This document shows positions 12,600 through 25,220 of a stretch of DNA of 64,000 nucleotides, in pieces (positions within the stretch are counted from its first letter, which is position 1; the number at the start of each line of letters is the position of its first letter). The notes beneath the pieces are model-generated. The model saw nothing but the letters and a program-made list of their open reading frames with translations, had not been told where the DNA came from and searched no databases. The stretch comes from Paecilomyces variotii (taxonomy: Eukaryota), in the NCBI GenBank assembly GCA_004022145.1, contig RCNU01000001.1; one strand, given 5' to 3'. Both the position numbers and the translations under genes were made by a program.

Positions 12600-12953
12600 T
12601 TTCTCTTCTGGTGACGAGGATATGTGATCTTTATGCGGAGATGGGCCATACCAAAGCGAGTGGCTTGAGACGCCATTTGCTCAAATACTTGTCCATATGC
12701 CCTTTGCATATATCTGAACGGCAGGGCCACATGATCTCCAGGGGGTTGATTGAAAATCCGGACAGAAAGATTACTGCCGGCATGGCGTTCAGGCGATTAT
12801 TGTTTTGCTGCAGCGGTGTTTCTCTGTAGTCTAGGGTACTGCCCATAGAAATGAACGAGCCTTTTATGTCCCTCTACCCGAAAAAGAACAAAAAGACCAT
12901 AGCACTATACGCCGTCGAAATTGTAATAGCTGAACCACCTAGCATCATCTGTC

Positions 12954-13450
12954 CTATGCAGCCTTGGACCTTTCCACTATTATCGCCGGCCCCCCAGCCG
13001 TAACACCAGACGGCACCAGCCATTTCTCCGGATGTTTATTGTACACCGGCCAAGGAGGGATGACCACGAGAGCCGTCAAAAGTGTACCTGCCAGACCGAC
13101 CCATAACGTCAAGTAGACATCTCTGCTAACGAATCCCACGATAAAAGCGACGACCTTTTGATCCCCAAACGTGTCAGTAACTTGCGCCAGTTTGTCCCAA
13201 GAATCGAATTCCGACCACGTACCCCGGAAAGAATGAGCAAGACCGTGCTCAGTATCTCAGCCAAGCGCTGACCATGGAAGTCCTGTAGTTCGAGAAGAAA
13301 AGAAGATGCCAAGTCAGCGTTAAATGGACTTCAGCGACGATGATGATGGGGGAGCAAGGAGATTGGACGCGCAGTGATCAGAATGAGTATTTCGTTACTT
13401 ACTATTTGGCCTTCAAAGGCATTTTGCAGCGGCGCAAGGATGTCATCCAT
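12954..13450 (-). CDS. SPC1: Signal peptidase complex 12-kDa subunit Spc1, 3 exons
   Basis: MDDILAPLQNAFEGQI|DFHGQRLAE...SG|VVAFIVGF...LVVIPPWPVYNKHPEKWL. Shows the DF.GQ and PPWP.Y..HP SPC12 signatures and two transmembrane segments. Confidence 0.93.
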
Positions 13451-14102
13451 GGTGTGTAGTTTGTAGAAAACAGATTATTCCGGCTGCTGTGGTATGTTCG
13501 ACGTTCGTACAGTGAGTCTTTGGATATGCGTACCGCCCAGATTAGACAAGGTGGCCCATGCCACGGGAACTGCGGTCCGGGACACCTACTGTACTTAGAT
13601 CACATGTCAGTTCTGCGTCTTTTTCGATCTTATCGCTGCACCAATTTCTGACCAGAATATCGGATTCTTATAATTCAAATTAAAGATGGTCGTTGAAGGC
13701 ATGCTATGATTTTCTCTTCATTTGGCTACAAAAGTTGCTGGATTTCCATGCACTATTTGTTCTATCTCCCGGACTCAGGGCCTCACTAATGTCTTTTCCA
13801 ATCCAGACGTTATGGCTACTCTGATGGTCCTCTAATTGCTTCGCCGCTGTGTTTTCTGACCGGATACCAGAAATAAACAGGTTGAAGAATGAGGTCATGG
13901 CATGAAATATACTGAGAGTTTCAATTGCATACCCTTCAGACCTCCCTTTCCTGCTCAGAGGGCCACTTGCATGATCTCTGGTGATGCTCAACTTCCATGG
14001 AGGCCTTAGATCTAAAATAGAGGGCTGGAATGCATCAAGAGGTTCAAGCGAGAACGCAACCCTACAAGGGTGTACAGACATACTCTGAAAACGGCGTATG
14101 AT

Positions 14103-14990
14103 TCAAAAGAGATCATCAACACCCTTATCAGCGTCCTTTTTGATCAAGTCGACCATTCCCTACTCTTGGGTTAGCTCTTACATACCTACTTGGACAAAGG
14201 GAGAATATATCATACCTCTGGCATGATTGGTTGACCATCACTGCCCTTCACGTACCGGAAGGGCATTTCAGTGCTTTCGTTCTTGTTGACGCGCAATTCC
14301 GGATTATCGATATAAGGAATCTCCTCCAAGGGGACTACAGCATGTAAGTCTAGTGGCCACTGTTTTTCAAGGTGAATACGCTATTACCTTTTCCCTGTGC
14401 GATCATGCGTGTCACTCTTACCGCGGTGTCTGTTGTCATCTGTTTGGGCCCGAGGCGTCGCCCCGTGTAGCCTTTCTTTCGCAATTCAGAAGTGCGGTCT
14501 ATTTTATCGTTAGTTCGCAGTTTCCATATTGTCACTTCTTATCGCTCAACCGACCTCGTGGAGGGTCGTCACCTAGAAGAATGAGATGTCAGCATTTCCT
14601 ATCCGCCTTCTCTGGCAAAGCATATCACGGGATCTGTGGTCACTCCGCACCCAGGATGCCACCAAACAAAAACACATCAAACTGATCTCCGTCGGCCGGT
14701 GATAGTTCGACCTTTGCGGCAGGGTCCAGAAGACAGACCCTCGACTTCCGATCGGCGAAGATTTCCTCTACACTGCGCTGCTCAACCTCCAGCTCCTCCA
14801 TCTTGGCCAGATCTTCAGGCAGCTGCAGTTCAGCTGGCACTGAGGAGAGAAGGAACCTGGCACCCGCAGCCCGTGATTCTCTAGCAATGCAGCCATACTC
14901 GAGGGCGGACCATGGGCCGAGTTCCGTATCAAGGTGCTCGACGACATAGGTCACTGGACCCCCGGCTCTGGATTGCTTTTCATCACCCAT
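14103..14990 (-). CDS. SFM1: SPOUT-family protein arginine methyltransferase Sfm1, 5 exons
   Basis: YVVEHLD.ELG.WS.LEY, LLDPAA..ELSP.D...FDVFLFGGILG|DDPPR|DRTSELR, RRLG..QMTTDTAV and EMPFRYV. Stop TGA at 14103-14105. Confidence 0.93.
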
Positions 14991-16318
14991 TTTGGGACGA
15001 ATCAGAACTCGTGGTTGAGCAGAAAAGTGGCCAAAGATTCTGGTAACTGGTCAGAAAGGGAATATTGGCCTATTTAGAAAAGAGAAGAACAGCGGACGTC
15101 ACAAAAGTCACCTAGTGACGGAGCACTTGGAGCAGTGGCAGATGCCCTGCTGGTGGCGCTAGAAATAGAAATTGAGATCGTTGATTGCAATACGAGACAC
15201 GAGGTCGATCATACGCGTGCTTTTGTCTCCCCGTCTTTGCGTTTGGACTTGGGAGGCTTCCGTGAGCTACAGGGTGTATCCTCTGCTACGGCGAGATCTG
15301 ATAGAGTATCAAATTTCATGTGGGGGAAGGGAACGGCGGCGTAGCGCAGCGCTCATTGGCCAGGAGCACATGTTCCAAGAAAGCGCCTCCCATAGGCTGG
15401 AGGAGAATTGGACGCCGCGACGCCAAAGAGATCGCATAGAGTTGTGCAAAGACCGTGGATGGCGCATTCTCCAACCGTGAGATTCCATCTTGAATGATGA
15501 CGAAGGGTGATCTGCTGACCAGGAGTGGCCCTGCCGATCCAGATGCTGGGAGATTAAGACCCGTGAATTATTTCGGTGGCAGAACCCCAGAGAATGCGTT
15601 GTATCACTACTAGACAAAAAAGGTCCCATGTATGGTAGGATCTGCTATACGCAGACCAGCCACAGATGGCCAGCCAAAGATCGTTCTGTTCGCTGTGCTC
15701 CTTTCTGCCCACGTCAATAATAATAATAATCCGATGGTGTTAAAGTAAATAATAGTAAATGATTAGCAGCAGTGGGAATCGCAGTGCTGGTGAGTTGGGG
15801 CTTGGCTGCAAGCGGTTACGCTCTCCCTCCCACTTCCCTCGCCTGCTACCGTCACTCCCCCGCCCTCCCGACCATACTAACGGGTGCTTTATCGATACCG
15901 TCCAGAAATTCCCCCTCTGCCCAACTTCTGAGCCACGAGATCCCCGATCAGTCATTCCCATCCTCACGATTAACAACCGCGCTTCCCTGTGGTTTCGCTC
16001 ACTATCCTGGAGGACCACCCTTCTCACGTGCGGATAGCTTAGAAGCTGAACCCATTCGTTGCCTCGATCCTCTTCGTGTCGACTCGCGGGACAGTGTGAC
16101 GTTTCAAGGTCCTGCATTCTCAACCAAACAACATACGCTCAACCAGTCTGGAAACTCGTCTCCATTATCTGCGAGTAGCTGCGTTGGCGGAATATCTGCG
16201 ATAGCAATTGCTCGGCCCTGGTGCTGCCCCACGCTGCCAGTCAGGTACTTCACCCCGGTGGTGAACGAAATACCCAACTCAGAGGCTTGACGAAACTATC
16301 AACAGCCCGACCTTCAAT

Positions 16319-16951
16319 ATGAACCCCCACCAGCAGAACAAGGTGGATGTCAACGTAATTCTCCACTGAACCCCCGGAAAGTCTGCGTGCGATGCTGTTG
16401 ACACTGTTTCTTCTCCTAGTCCTTGAGCCCGGATGAACAACGACTCTTGAAGCTTTATGGCAAGGTCCCGACCAAGAAGGATCTGCTTCAGAACAAGCTC
16501 AAGGTACCTATCATCTCTAGCCCCGTTGTTGTCTGTTATCCCTCGAGGTTAACCATCGTCATGGTAGGAACGGAAATACTTCGATTCGGGTGACTATGCT
16601 CTTAGCAAGGCTGGCAAAGCGTCAGATGTCGGAGTAACCAACGTCGGTTCGCGTCATCCTCTTCCTGAGAACATCCCTCACCTCACGGCCACTTCACCTG
16701 GTGCGAACAATCCGGCTCCCCCTAATGGAGGCAGTGTCGGTTCTCAAGGACAGCCGATTCCTGGAAGTATCAGCGGCCACCCTGGCTCCATTGGATTCCA
16801 GAGCAGGAGCCCAATCAAGGAAGGTAGCTTTCTTCATCGTGGAAGCAGCCTCGATGAGTCGGAAGCAGCTGATGAGACCGGCAAAGACAAGGAAAAGGAA
16901 CTGAGCGTTAGCCCGCCTCCAGCGAGAGAGGGAGTTCCGATCCGGCGATAA
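16319..16951 (+). CDS. IGO1: Endosulfine/Igo1 (Greatwall-Rim15 substrate, PP2A-B55 inhibitor), 167 aa, 3 exons
   Basis: Exons 16319-16354, 16420-16503 and 16568-16951 give MNPHQQNKVDVN|SLSPDEQRLLKLYGKVPTKKDLLQNKLK|ERKYFDSGDYAL. The FDSGDY motif is diagnostic. Missed by the ORF track. Confidence 0.95.
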
Positions 16952-18778
16952 GTAGCCAGCCTCAGCATGTCGTTATCGAACTAAGTTCTTTACTGTTTCT
17001 CCTTCTCTATGTCTATGATCGTTGTCTCTTAGAATGATGCCCGGCGCTATGGTTATGTTTTCCTTTCCTTCCTGAGTCGGTTGCCAGCGGTTGAGAACGG
17101 CGGTTCTACACCGTGGAGCGGGGTAACGAGACGAAAAGTGATGAGTGGAAAGGACTCGATGGGGGAAGAATGAGGATACGGAGCCCCTGCCTCCCTCCCT
17201 TTGGTGTATGAAAGGACGTCTGTCGACAAACCACGGCACTTGGAAAACACTTAGCAGGTCGTACTGGGCAGTGTAAGTTGACAGGTAGCTTTTCTCCATG
17301 AGCATTTCCACTCTTATTCTATTCGAATGTCCATCGAACTTTTCCCCTTTCATCTGGTTTACGGTTACATATCCCGAATGTGTTATGTTTGTGTGGTTGG
17401 ATCTGGAGAAAGTATCAAATGTTCCCAGTCGTCTCACTCGCGTTATGGTATTTTTTATTCTTTCTATTCTTCATGTCAATATCATAAGTTGAAGCTAGGT
17501 CAAGAATGCCTGGGTGTTCTTCCCCTTGAAAATAAAAAGCACTCAATTTCAACTACTATTCCCGTCATCTTTAGCCTCCCTCCCGTATTGGCATAGTCCC
17601 ATTCAAGATAGTGAATGCTAAGATCTACTACCGTGGTAATGGTGAGTGAATCCGTCCATTTCCTTCCCTTAGTCAGCTGATAGTTAAAGTGGCCACCAAA
17701 TCCCTCTTAAGTGCGCAAATTCCCTTATCTATCGGACAGAAGACATATTTTAAAAAGATAGCTCTTTCCTTTCCTGAATAGCTCCTTCCCCAAAGCCCCT
17801 CTTCACTCTTTTTCCAATGTCCAAAAAAGGAAACGGCACATGTCTTGATGTCCTCTCACACTTCCAACTCTTCAAAGAGCGCTGTTGAAAGCCTTTGGGA
17901 AGATATGATGCTTATCCGTTCGAGCGTAGTTGTGACCTATCATACCATCCATTTGCGTCTATAACTGTGATTCACATAAGCTTTATGATTTCTTGAATTG
18001 TTAAGGTAGAAGTAGCTATATACGTGATTATTGTTGGTTTCGGTAAAAAAAAAAATAGAAGAAAATGACCTGAAGAGGAATAAGCACCTAATGGGTACAA
18101 ATAGCGAGGGTATATCGGGTACGGTAGGTGACCGATTTGCAGCAAGGGCAAAGGGTGTGTGAGTGTGAGGGTGTACAGTTAACCTGGGGGTGTTCAAGGG
18201 AATTATGCAATTATGCACCAGCGTTCCTCCCGGTTCTTCAAATCTCCTTCTCGGCCTGTGCGCGCTTCTGCGCAGCACCCGTTCCCCCACCCGAGTTAAA
18301 CGACATGCGAGTCGATATTCATCAATTTCATTCCAAGGATATGGGAATCTCATCACCTCAGCAGCAATTGTAGGGAAATGAGGACGGGCCACAGGCTCGC
18401 CAGGGGCGGAGGACGTTGTGGGATCGGATTGGTGTCAATATACCCTGTCAGGTGGGCGAATCGATCATGTAGCCAAACCATAAGGGATTTTGCTTTATGC
18501 TTGGCCATGCCGTTCAAACCTGGACGTCTTTTCTGATACAGTCTGTGCCATGACGATCCAACGTAAGCCAGAACGTTCAAGTCTGCTGACGGGCAAGGTC
18601 CAGGGCTTAGACGTTCTGCAGCCTCGACAATGAGTCCACGTTAAGCCTCCAACTCCTGTATCAATGGATATAGCTTCCGCAAGGAGCAATTTCCCAACAG
18701 TTATCCAGTATAGTACCGGTCCACTCCGAGAATAGGCGGGGGCCCGAACTCTTCATCTTGATGGCCTCCTAGTGTCAT

Positions 18779-20153
18779 TCAATCTGTCTTCCAATGACCA
18801 GCTAATCCCGCGTCGATATCATCCTGCTTGCCGAGCCATAGTTCTACTGCGTAGAGACCCATCGTACAAGCAAGGTTGATCCATCTCCAGAAGTTTCCTC
18901 CACCGCCTCCTTGGCTGCTCCACCATTCTCCGCTCCCGCCCATCGCTTGTGAGGTGGACGCGAAATGTTGCATCAAAAGACTAGTGTAGACTGCAACGAG
19001 GATGGAAGGAGAGAACCAACTCAGAAGGCCGAGGAATTGCCCCGCACCGTCTGTATCATCGAGAGACGCTTCCTGTGACAGAGCTCGCGCTCCTGATTCA
19101 CGGACTGCGGGTATTATTCTGGTCGAGGCGTATAGAACAAAAAGACGGTACGCGAGAGATATCAGGACTGACGGGGTGACAGCACTGAATGCAGCGGTGA
19201 CAACATTGAAAGCCCCATGAATGATTGATGGCAGGAGAGACAGCGCATGCATAATCGTGGTATATGAGGCCATGATGATCGGCGGCAGCGGAGGGAAATC
19301 CGCAGCCGTTGGCGGGGTGGCCTGCTCAATCGGGTGAGAGGGCTGGTAGTCTGTGAAGATCTGATAGATACAGAGCACAATATATGCGAAAAGCAGAGAG
19401 CTCTCCACTGCATTTCCACGGCCACTGCCAATTCCCCAAGCACATAATATCACTGCGCAGGTGATAGCCACACCGATCAGAGCAGAATCTACATTAGATA
19501 TCCCAGGAAACTGCAGGACACGCCAAAGGAAGTAAACGGAGCTAGAGATGATCGACGCGGAGAGCACTAGTAGCCCGATCTGACTCGAAGTTAGCGGAAC
19601 CTATGGAAGAGAGGAAAACAGGATCACTCACCATCCAGCTGTCACTGCGTCCTCCTCTGTTGACCAGCCATCGAGTGATCTGGCCTGCAGCCTGGATGAC
19701 CAGTAAGCTGCAGAAGCCTTCGACCAGCTGGAATACTGGAGTGGACCACGTCAAGAACTTGTCCCAGCTTCCAAGTGTCATGGCCTCGAGAAGCCCGTCC
19801 GGTCCCAGGATCCACGAACGAATGGAGGTATCCTGCGCTCGCTTCCCGCTGAAAGTACGTTCCACCCATCCGCTGCTATTATCCGAATCGACCGAGAACC
19901 TATTCAGCGACCAAATGAGGAGCGACGGGACGATCAGCCACTGTGTCGACTGGATGAGCACCACCAGGGAGTGGCGGAACCATGACCGCTCCGGCGTCGC
20001 GAGCTTCAGGATCGAGAAAAAGAAGTAGAAGCCCGCGAGGGACAGAGAAAAGGCCAGACCGCATGTTCTACCACCCACATCGAAGGCAAGAGGAATGGAC
20101 AGAACGATAACGGTGAGGAAGAGAGCCGAGGAGAGGATTCGAAAGAGCCACAT
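18779..20153 (-). CDS. ICE2: ER membrane protein Ice2 (SERINC-like), 2 exons
   Basis: LSIPLAFDVGG..CGLAFSL, STPVFQLVEGFCSLLVIQAAGQ, ESSLLFAYIV.C.Y and SP.ILVAVYTSLLMQH. Multi-pass membrane protein with one intron at about 19583-19632. Confidence 0.92.
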
Positions 20154-21111
20154 CGGCGCTGCGGGCTGGTTTACTGTGCGGTGGGCGTTGAGTCAAAGAT
20201 GATAATCGAGGACGTCAGAGCCCAGTAATAACACCCAGCACTCCACAGCAAGCAGCTTTTTCCCAGAGAACTCCAGAGCATGCAGTTTTGCTGTGGGTCA
20301 AAGCGCACAGGGTGTTTTGGTAGCAGTTTAGCACGCGATCCGTCTGCGCTTGGATGATCTTATCTGGCGAGCGGGACACGATATCTTCACGTGCGACACC
20401 ACGCAGCTGCTGGAGGAGAGAAACGACTGCACCACGCGGTCGAGTGGTGTGTCTCGTAGTATAGTAAATATTGAGTCGCACAAGGAGCTGCGTCTCTTGT
20501 CTGTTCCTGAGATCGTTGAGGCCCCTGAGTGTTGCGCGGAGTAGAAAATCTCCTTAGCGTGACCGACAGGCACCTGCAGTTCGCGCGTTGCTGGAAGTAA
20601 TATGTATTAATCTGTTGCAAGGACAGGCAGGGAAGGCTTGACGCAACTCCGGATTCCGAGAGCACGGACGCGTCTAATGAGAGAAACACCAGGGAAGGAA
20701 TCAAACAGCAGTCCGCTGGGAGAGCAGGAAAAAGGAAAAATCGCAAAAGGGTGGAAGAGCGGTGTTGTGCTCTCTATCAGAAATGCTAACTACGATAACT
20801 AGTCCACCTTCTAGTTAGTTGACTGATTTCCCTTCTGATTTCATCTCACTTTCTGCTCCAGGGGCTCTTCCAGGCTGAACTGTGACGGGACACCGCCTGC
20901 TGTCCCCGTCGAGGACGCCGATGACTGGCTGGAATGTGCGGGTGTAATACGCGCTAGTGTTGTTTTAGGGATAGCTCCGTAAATTGATGTAACAATGGTA
21001 TTGTCATCACATGACAGCCCATGCGCCGCAGAAACCCTCATCCCAAGCCCTAAAAGAAAGCCCAATCCAGCATCCGATAACTTCGTCGTCCTGCTGGTTT
21101 GTTGTTGTTAT

Positions 21112-22329
21112 ATGTTCCGACTACGGCACTTATTCAAGATGACCGAGGAAGCCGCCGCAAAGAAGCTCAAGACCGCCTCTCCCCTGATCGGGACTCACAA
21201 GTATGCAGTCGACTTCCCATCCTGATGTTTGACGTTTTCCCTGCGATGCTCTGTAATTGCCCTTTCATGATTGGAACTGATCTGTTCCAGCGGCCATTTC
21301 CATGCCGATGAAGCTCTCGCCGTCTACCTCCTCCGTCTTCTGCCTGCCTACCGTTCCTCTCCGCTAGTGAGGACGAGAGATCCTGCTGTTCTGGCAACAT
21401 GCCACACGGTGGTCGACGTTGGCGGGGAATATGAGCCTGCCAACAACCGCTACGACCATCACCAGCGGACCTTCACGACGACTTTCCCCCAGCACTCCAC
21501 TAAGCTCTCCTCTGCCGGACTGGTTTACATGCACTTTGGCCGTGCCATTATTGCCCAGCACACCTCTTTGCCGCTGGACCATCCCGACGTCGACCTATTG
21601 TACGAGAAGCTTTACTCGGACTTTATCGAGGCACTCGATGCCAACGACAACGGGATTCCCGTGTATGACCCTGCCCAGATCTCTGCAGCGGGAGTTCAGA
21701 AGCGTTTCAAGGATGGAGGAATCAACTTGGGTTCTCTGATCGGGGACATGAACCAACCTGACCCGACTGCCTCCCCAGGCGAGCCGCAGGACGAGGATAG
21801 CCTCTTCGCCAGAGCCAGCACCTTCATTGGAGATGTATTCCTCCGCAAGCTGCGCAACGCTGCTGCGTCGTGGCTTCCTGCGCGCGCTAGCGTCGGATCC
21901 GCATATCAGACTCGCAAGGATGTCCACCCGTCCGGTCGTATCATCGTCTTGCCGCAGGGCGGCGTTCCCTGGAAGGAGCACCTCTACAACTTCGAGAGGG
22001 AGGCTTCCGGAGGTGCTGAACCGGCCGCGGAAAACCAGGTGTACTACGTTCTCTACCCTGAGAGTGCTGCCGAGGGAGCCAAGTGGCGCGTGCAGTGTGT
22101 CCCTGTTGACGAGGGCAGTTTCCAGTCGCGGAAGCCCCTGCCAGAGTCCTGGAGAGGCGTTCGTGACAACGAGCTGGACAGCGTTCTGGCCTCAGAGGCA
22201 GAGAAGGCAGGACGTCCGAAGATCCCTGAAGGTGCCGTCTTCGTCCACGCCAGCGGCTTCATCGGTGGGCACAAGACGAAGGAGGGTGCCCTGGCTATGG
22301 CCACTCGCAGCCTGGAGGAGTCGGTTTGA
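21112..22329 (+). CDS. MYG1: MYG1/UPF0160 DHH-family 3'-5' exonuclease, 2 exons, two in-frame ATGs (21112, 21139)
   Basis: IGTHN|GHFHADEALA, RTRDP, VVDVGG.Y......YDHHQR, LSSAGLVY, DANDNG and FVHASGFIGG. Intron 21201-21290. Confidence 0.95.
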
Positions 22330-22585
22330 AACAGAGACGTTTTCTTTTCCTTACCTGACGCCAGGGGAAATAACGGACAGCTCTAACATGGATCAGAGCT
22401 GCATGAAAGAAGAAAAAAAAGTCAATTTCTCGGAGTTTAAATTTACGGACCGGACGTTATTGGAATGACTAAATAGAGGAATAACACCTATTACTAGTGT
22501 TGAATTCAAGTCTCGAGCAGAATTATATACTGGAGCACTTCACGTAGAGTACATCCCCAACATCAACAACTGCAAAAAACCAAAA

Positions 22586-24049
22586 TCACTTCAATTCCTG
22601 CCCCTTCAGCTCCCACTCTACCTTACTAATTCCACCCTGCCCTACCAGCCACAATGTCTTCAGCTCCGGTCCCGTCCACGCAAAGTTCTGAACCGTATAA
22701 TTCGTCTGCACCGTCAACAACAACTGTCCCGCGGGATCCACAACATCAACACCTCTCCCATTCGCAGTCAAAATGTACCCATTCGCCGCGACTTTCAGAC
22801 CATCGGGTACATATGCCGCAGTGAGGTAAACAGCACGCTTATTCGTGATCTTCGTCCCATCGGAACTGACGTCGAACGCGTAAATGGTCCTGTGGCCTGT
22901 AGCATTGAACGGCGTGCCCGGGTGTCCGTACTTAGGGTCAACGGGGCCAGTTACGGCACCTGAGTCGCTGATATAGAGGATTGAATCGTCGGGACTTAAT
23001 GCGATTCCGTTTGGTTGGCTGAGAGTATCATCGATGAGAAAGACAGCGCCTGATGTTTGATTATATCTGTAACTCGCGCAGGGTAGTTGGGGAGGTGTGT
23101 CGGTTAGGGAATTGAACCATGAGTACTCTGTCAAATGCCGTGATTAGTTTGCTGCAGTAAGTATTTCTCGAATTGTGATATCCTATCCTAGTAGTACTAA
23201 CTAGTAACTAGTATGTCATATACCATTTCTACCGTAGAAACGGTATCGGATAGAGAAAGTAGGGGGGAATAACTCACGAGGATCAGTAAAATAAATATCC
23301 CCCGTCTTCTTATTCACCGCCACATCATCAATCGTATTAAAATAAAACCCAAAATAATTATTCACCAGCGTCGTCGTCTTATTCGTCTCTGGATCAAGCA
23401 CGCGAATCCCCTCACGCTGCTCGCCCCCTTCTATAGATCTATTCCCGCCTGAAGCGGCCCAGATGATTTTCCCATCGTAGAATGTACCCCCATTCGGAGC
23501 GTACACGGGCGGATCAGAGAGGAATTCAGATAGCGTAGGCGGATCCTGATTCAGGTCGATGACGAGCTGTGGGAGATATCCTGGCGGGGGAGAGAGTTGC
23601 GATAGATATAGTTTGTTCTGCGAGGGGACGTAGACGGGGGCTTCGTGGACGGCTTTCGAGACGGAAAAGACGAATTCGTATGTTGGGTTCGAGCCAAGGA
23701 TCTCCAGGCCTCTGTCCTGGTCGAAGACGAGGAAGGAGGCGTTTTGTACGTCCTTGAGTTGCGTCCCGTTTGCTATGGTTGTATCGCCGAAGGTGGATGC
23801 GTCGGAGCTGGTGGAGAGGTTGCGGAAGAAGTGATATCTAAGTAAGAATTTAGTAATGCTGGTTTTTTCTGTATTGATGTAGTGGTTATAGTGTTTCTTT
23901 TTCTTTGCTCACGGTAGGACATTGGCATATTTGTTAACGCAGACGACAGAAGGTCCGCACTTCGTCGTTAGAGGATTGGTGATGCCGGTCTGCGCGCGAA
24001 CTAGACCGGCAATGAGGAACAGAGGACATGAAGAAGATAGAATACGCAT
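22586..24049 (-). CDS. Secreted SMP-30/gluconolactonase/LRE-like six-bladed beta-propeller protein, 3 exons
   Basis: Signal-peptide-like start MRILSSSCPLFLIAGLVRAQ. Motifs HEAPVY, PNGG, FNTIDDVAV....DIYFTDP, QPNGIALSPD...LYISDSG and VPDGLKV. Confidence 0.88.
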
Positions 24050-24617
24050 CGTGGTTGTTTTTGATTGCTATATAGAGGCTGTACTATATGACAAGACGCA
24101 GAGAGAGCAGGATGTGACCCGATCCTCTGTCCTGGATCAGGGCTGTCTGATATATTGCGGTCCATCATACACACAGACTACTGAGGCTATGACAAGAGAA
24201 GCCCGAGGATAACAACGCTCGGATGCTGATCTGCAGTGTGCTGCCGGTGATGATGGACAAAGAGGAGTCAATGCAGGCTTGTAAGATCCCCGGAGAGAAA
24301 AGCCTCAGTTCTTTGCGGGGAAAAGTCCCCTCTCTCATGAGGGGGCATATCCGGAGAATCTGCGCTCTGAGGAAAATAATCCAAAGCAGCAAGCTTCTCG
24401 TGCAGCAGACCTCTCGAAAGAAACGAGCTGCACGGAGCTGTCTCGTAAGCAATCGGCTTTCCGTGACGAGGACTCGCGTGGGATGGAGATGGCAGGATGT
24501 TGGTCTGCCCGATCTCGGAGTAACCCCGATATGCAAACGGATGGCAGAAGATGTAAGATCAAGAAGAAGCGGAGAAGACAGGAAGAAATCTCCTGAAAAG
24601 CCATCACGAATTGCAGA

Positions 24618-25220
24618 TCAGTGCCTAATAACCAAGGAACTAATATCCTCAATGCTCCCGGTCCCATCGCCGGCAGGCCGAGGAGCCTCAGGACCCTGCG
24701 GGTTAATATCCAGGGTATCCTCACGTTCACCCAGGGCTCGTTGGACGAGTTTTGCTTTCATAGACGCGGTCTTCAGTCGTTGATCAATATCAGAGACAGC
24801 ATCTTCGGTGTTTTCCATCGAGAGTTCAGCCGGATCTACCTGGTCGAGAAGATTGCGGATATTTTTCGCAAGCCTCGAATTCGCCGGGAGACTGGACATG
24901 TCCCGACAGATAGAGGGGCCGATGGGGATTGCATCTGTGTCTTCAGACTCCTTCTCTGCGTCTGTCTTGGAGATATCCGCTGCTTTCTCTTGGTTTTGGT
25001 CACCCAGCTCTGTTTTGGGACCGGCAAGTCTTTGTGTCCAGACAAGAGCTTTGCCGTAGAGTCTTCCGATTTCGAGGAATTTCTCAAATCCCTTCTCGAC
25101 AGCAAAAACACTGCCTTCGGTATAACCTGCTAGAGAGCCGTCTGCAACTCCAAGTTCGTATCCTTCTTTGTAAAAGCCTTCTTCGAGATCAAGGAGGCTG
25201 TCGAGCAAGTCCTGGGCCAT
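24618..25220 (-). CDS. LTO1: Lto1/ORAOV1-like protein (Yae1_N, repeated GX3), CIA adaptor for Rli1/ABCE1
   Basis: From ATG 25220: MAQDLLDSLLDLEEGFYKEGYELGVADG..AGYTEG..FAVEKGFEKFLEIGRLYG, the typical Lto1 N-terminus. Confidence 0.8.
   Translation of the reverse strand: MAQDLLDSLLDLEEGFYKEGYELGVADGSLAGYTEGSVFAVEKGFEKFLEIGRLYGKALVWTQRLAGPKTELGDQNQEKAADISKTDAEKESEDTDAIPIGPSICRDMSSLPANSRLAKNIRNLLDQVDPAELSMENTEDAVSDIDQRLKTASMKAKLVQRALGEREDTLDINPQGPEAPRPAGDGTGSIEDISSLVIRH

Noticed and set aside
14160-14215. Internal AG|GTATGT in the last SFM1 intron, resembling recursive or twin-intron splicing
   Set aside because: The two halves (30 and 26 nt) are too short for fungal spliceosomal introns, and the first has no branch site.
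15772-16290. 172-aa open frame upstream of IGO1
   Set aside because: Starts at GTG, is low-complexity and pyrimidine-rich, and is most simply the IGO1 5' leader or promoter.
24223-24783. 186-aa plus-strand ORF overlapping the LTO1 3' end
   Set aside because: Arg/Ser-rich, non-protein-like composition, and antisense to a real gene and its 3'UTR.
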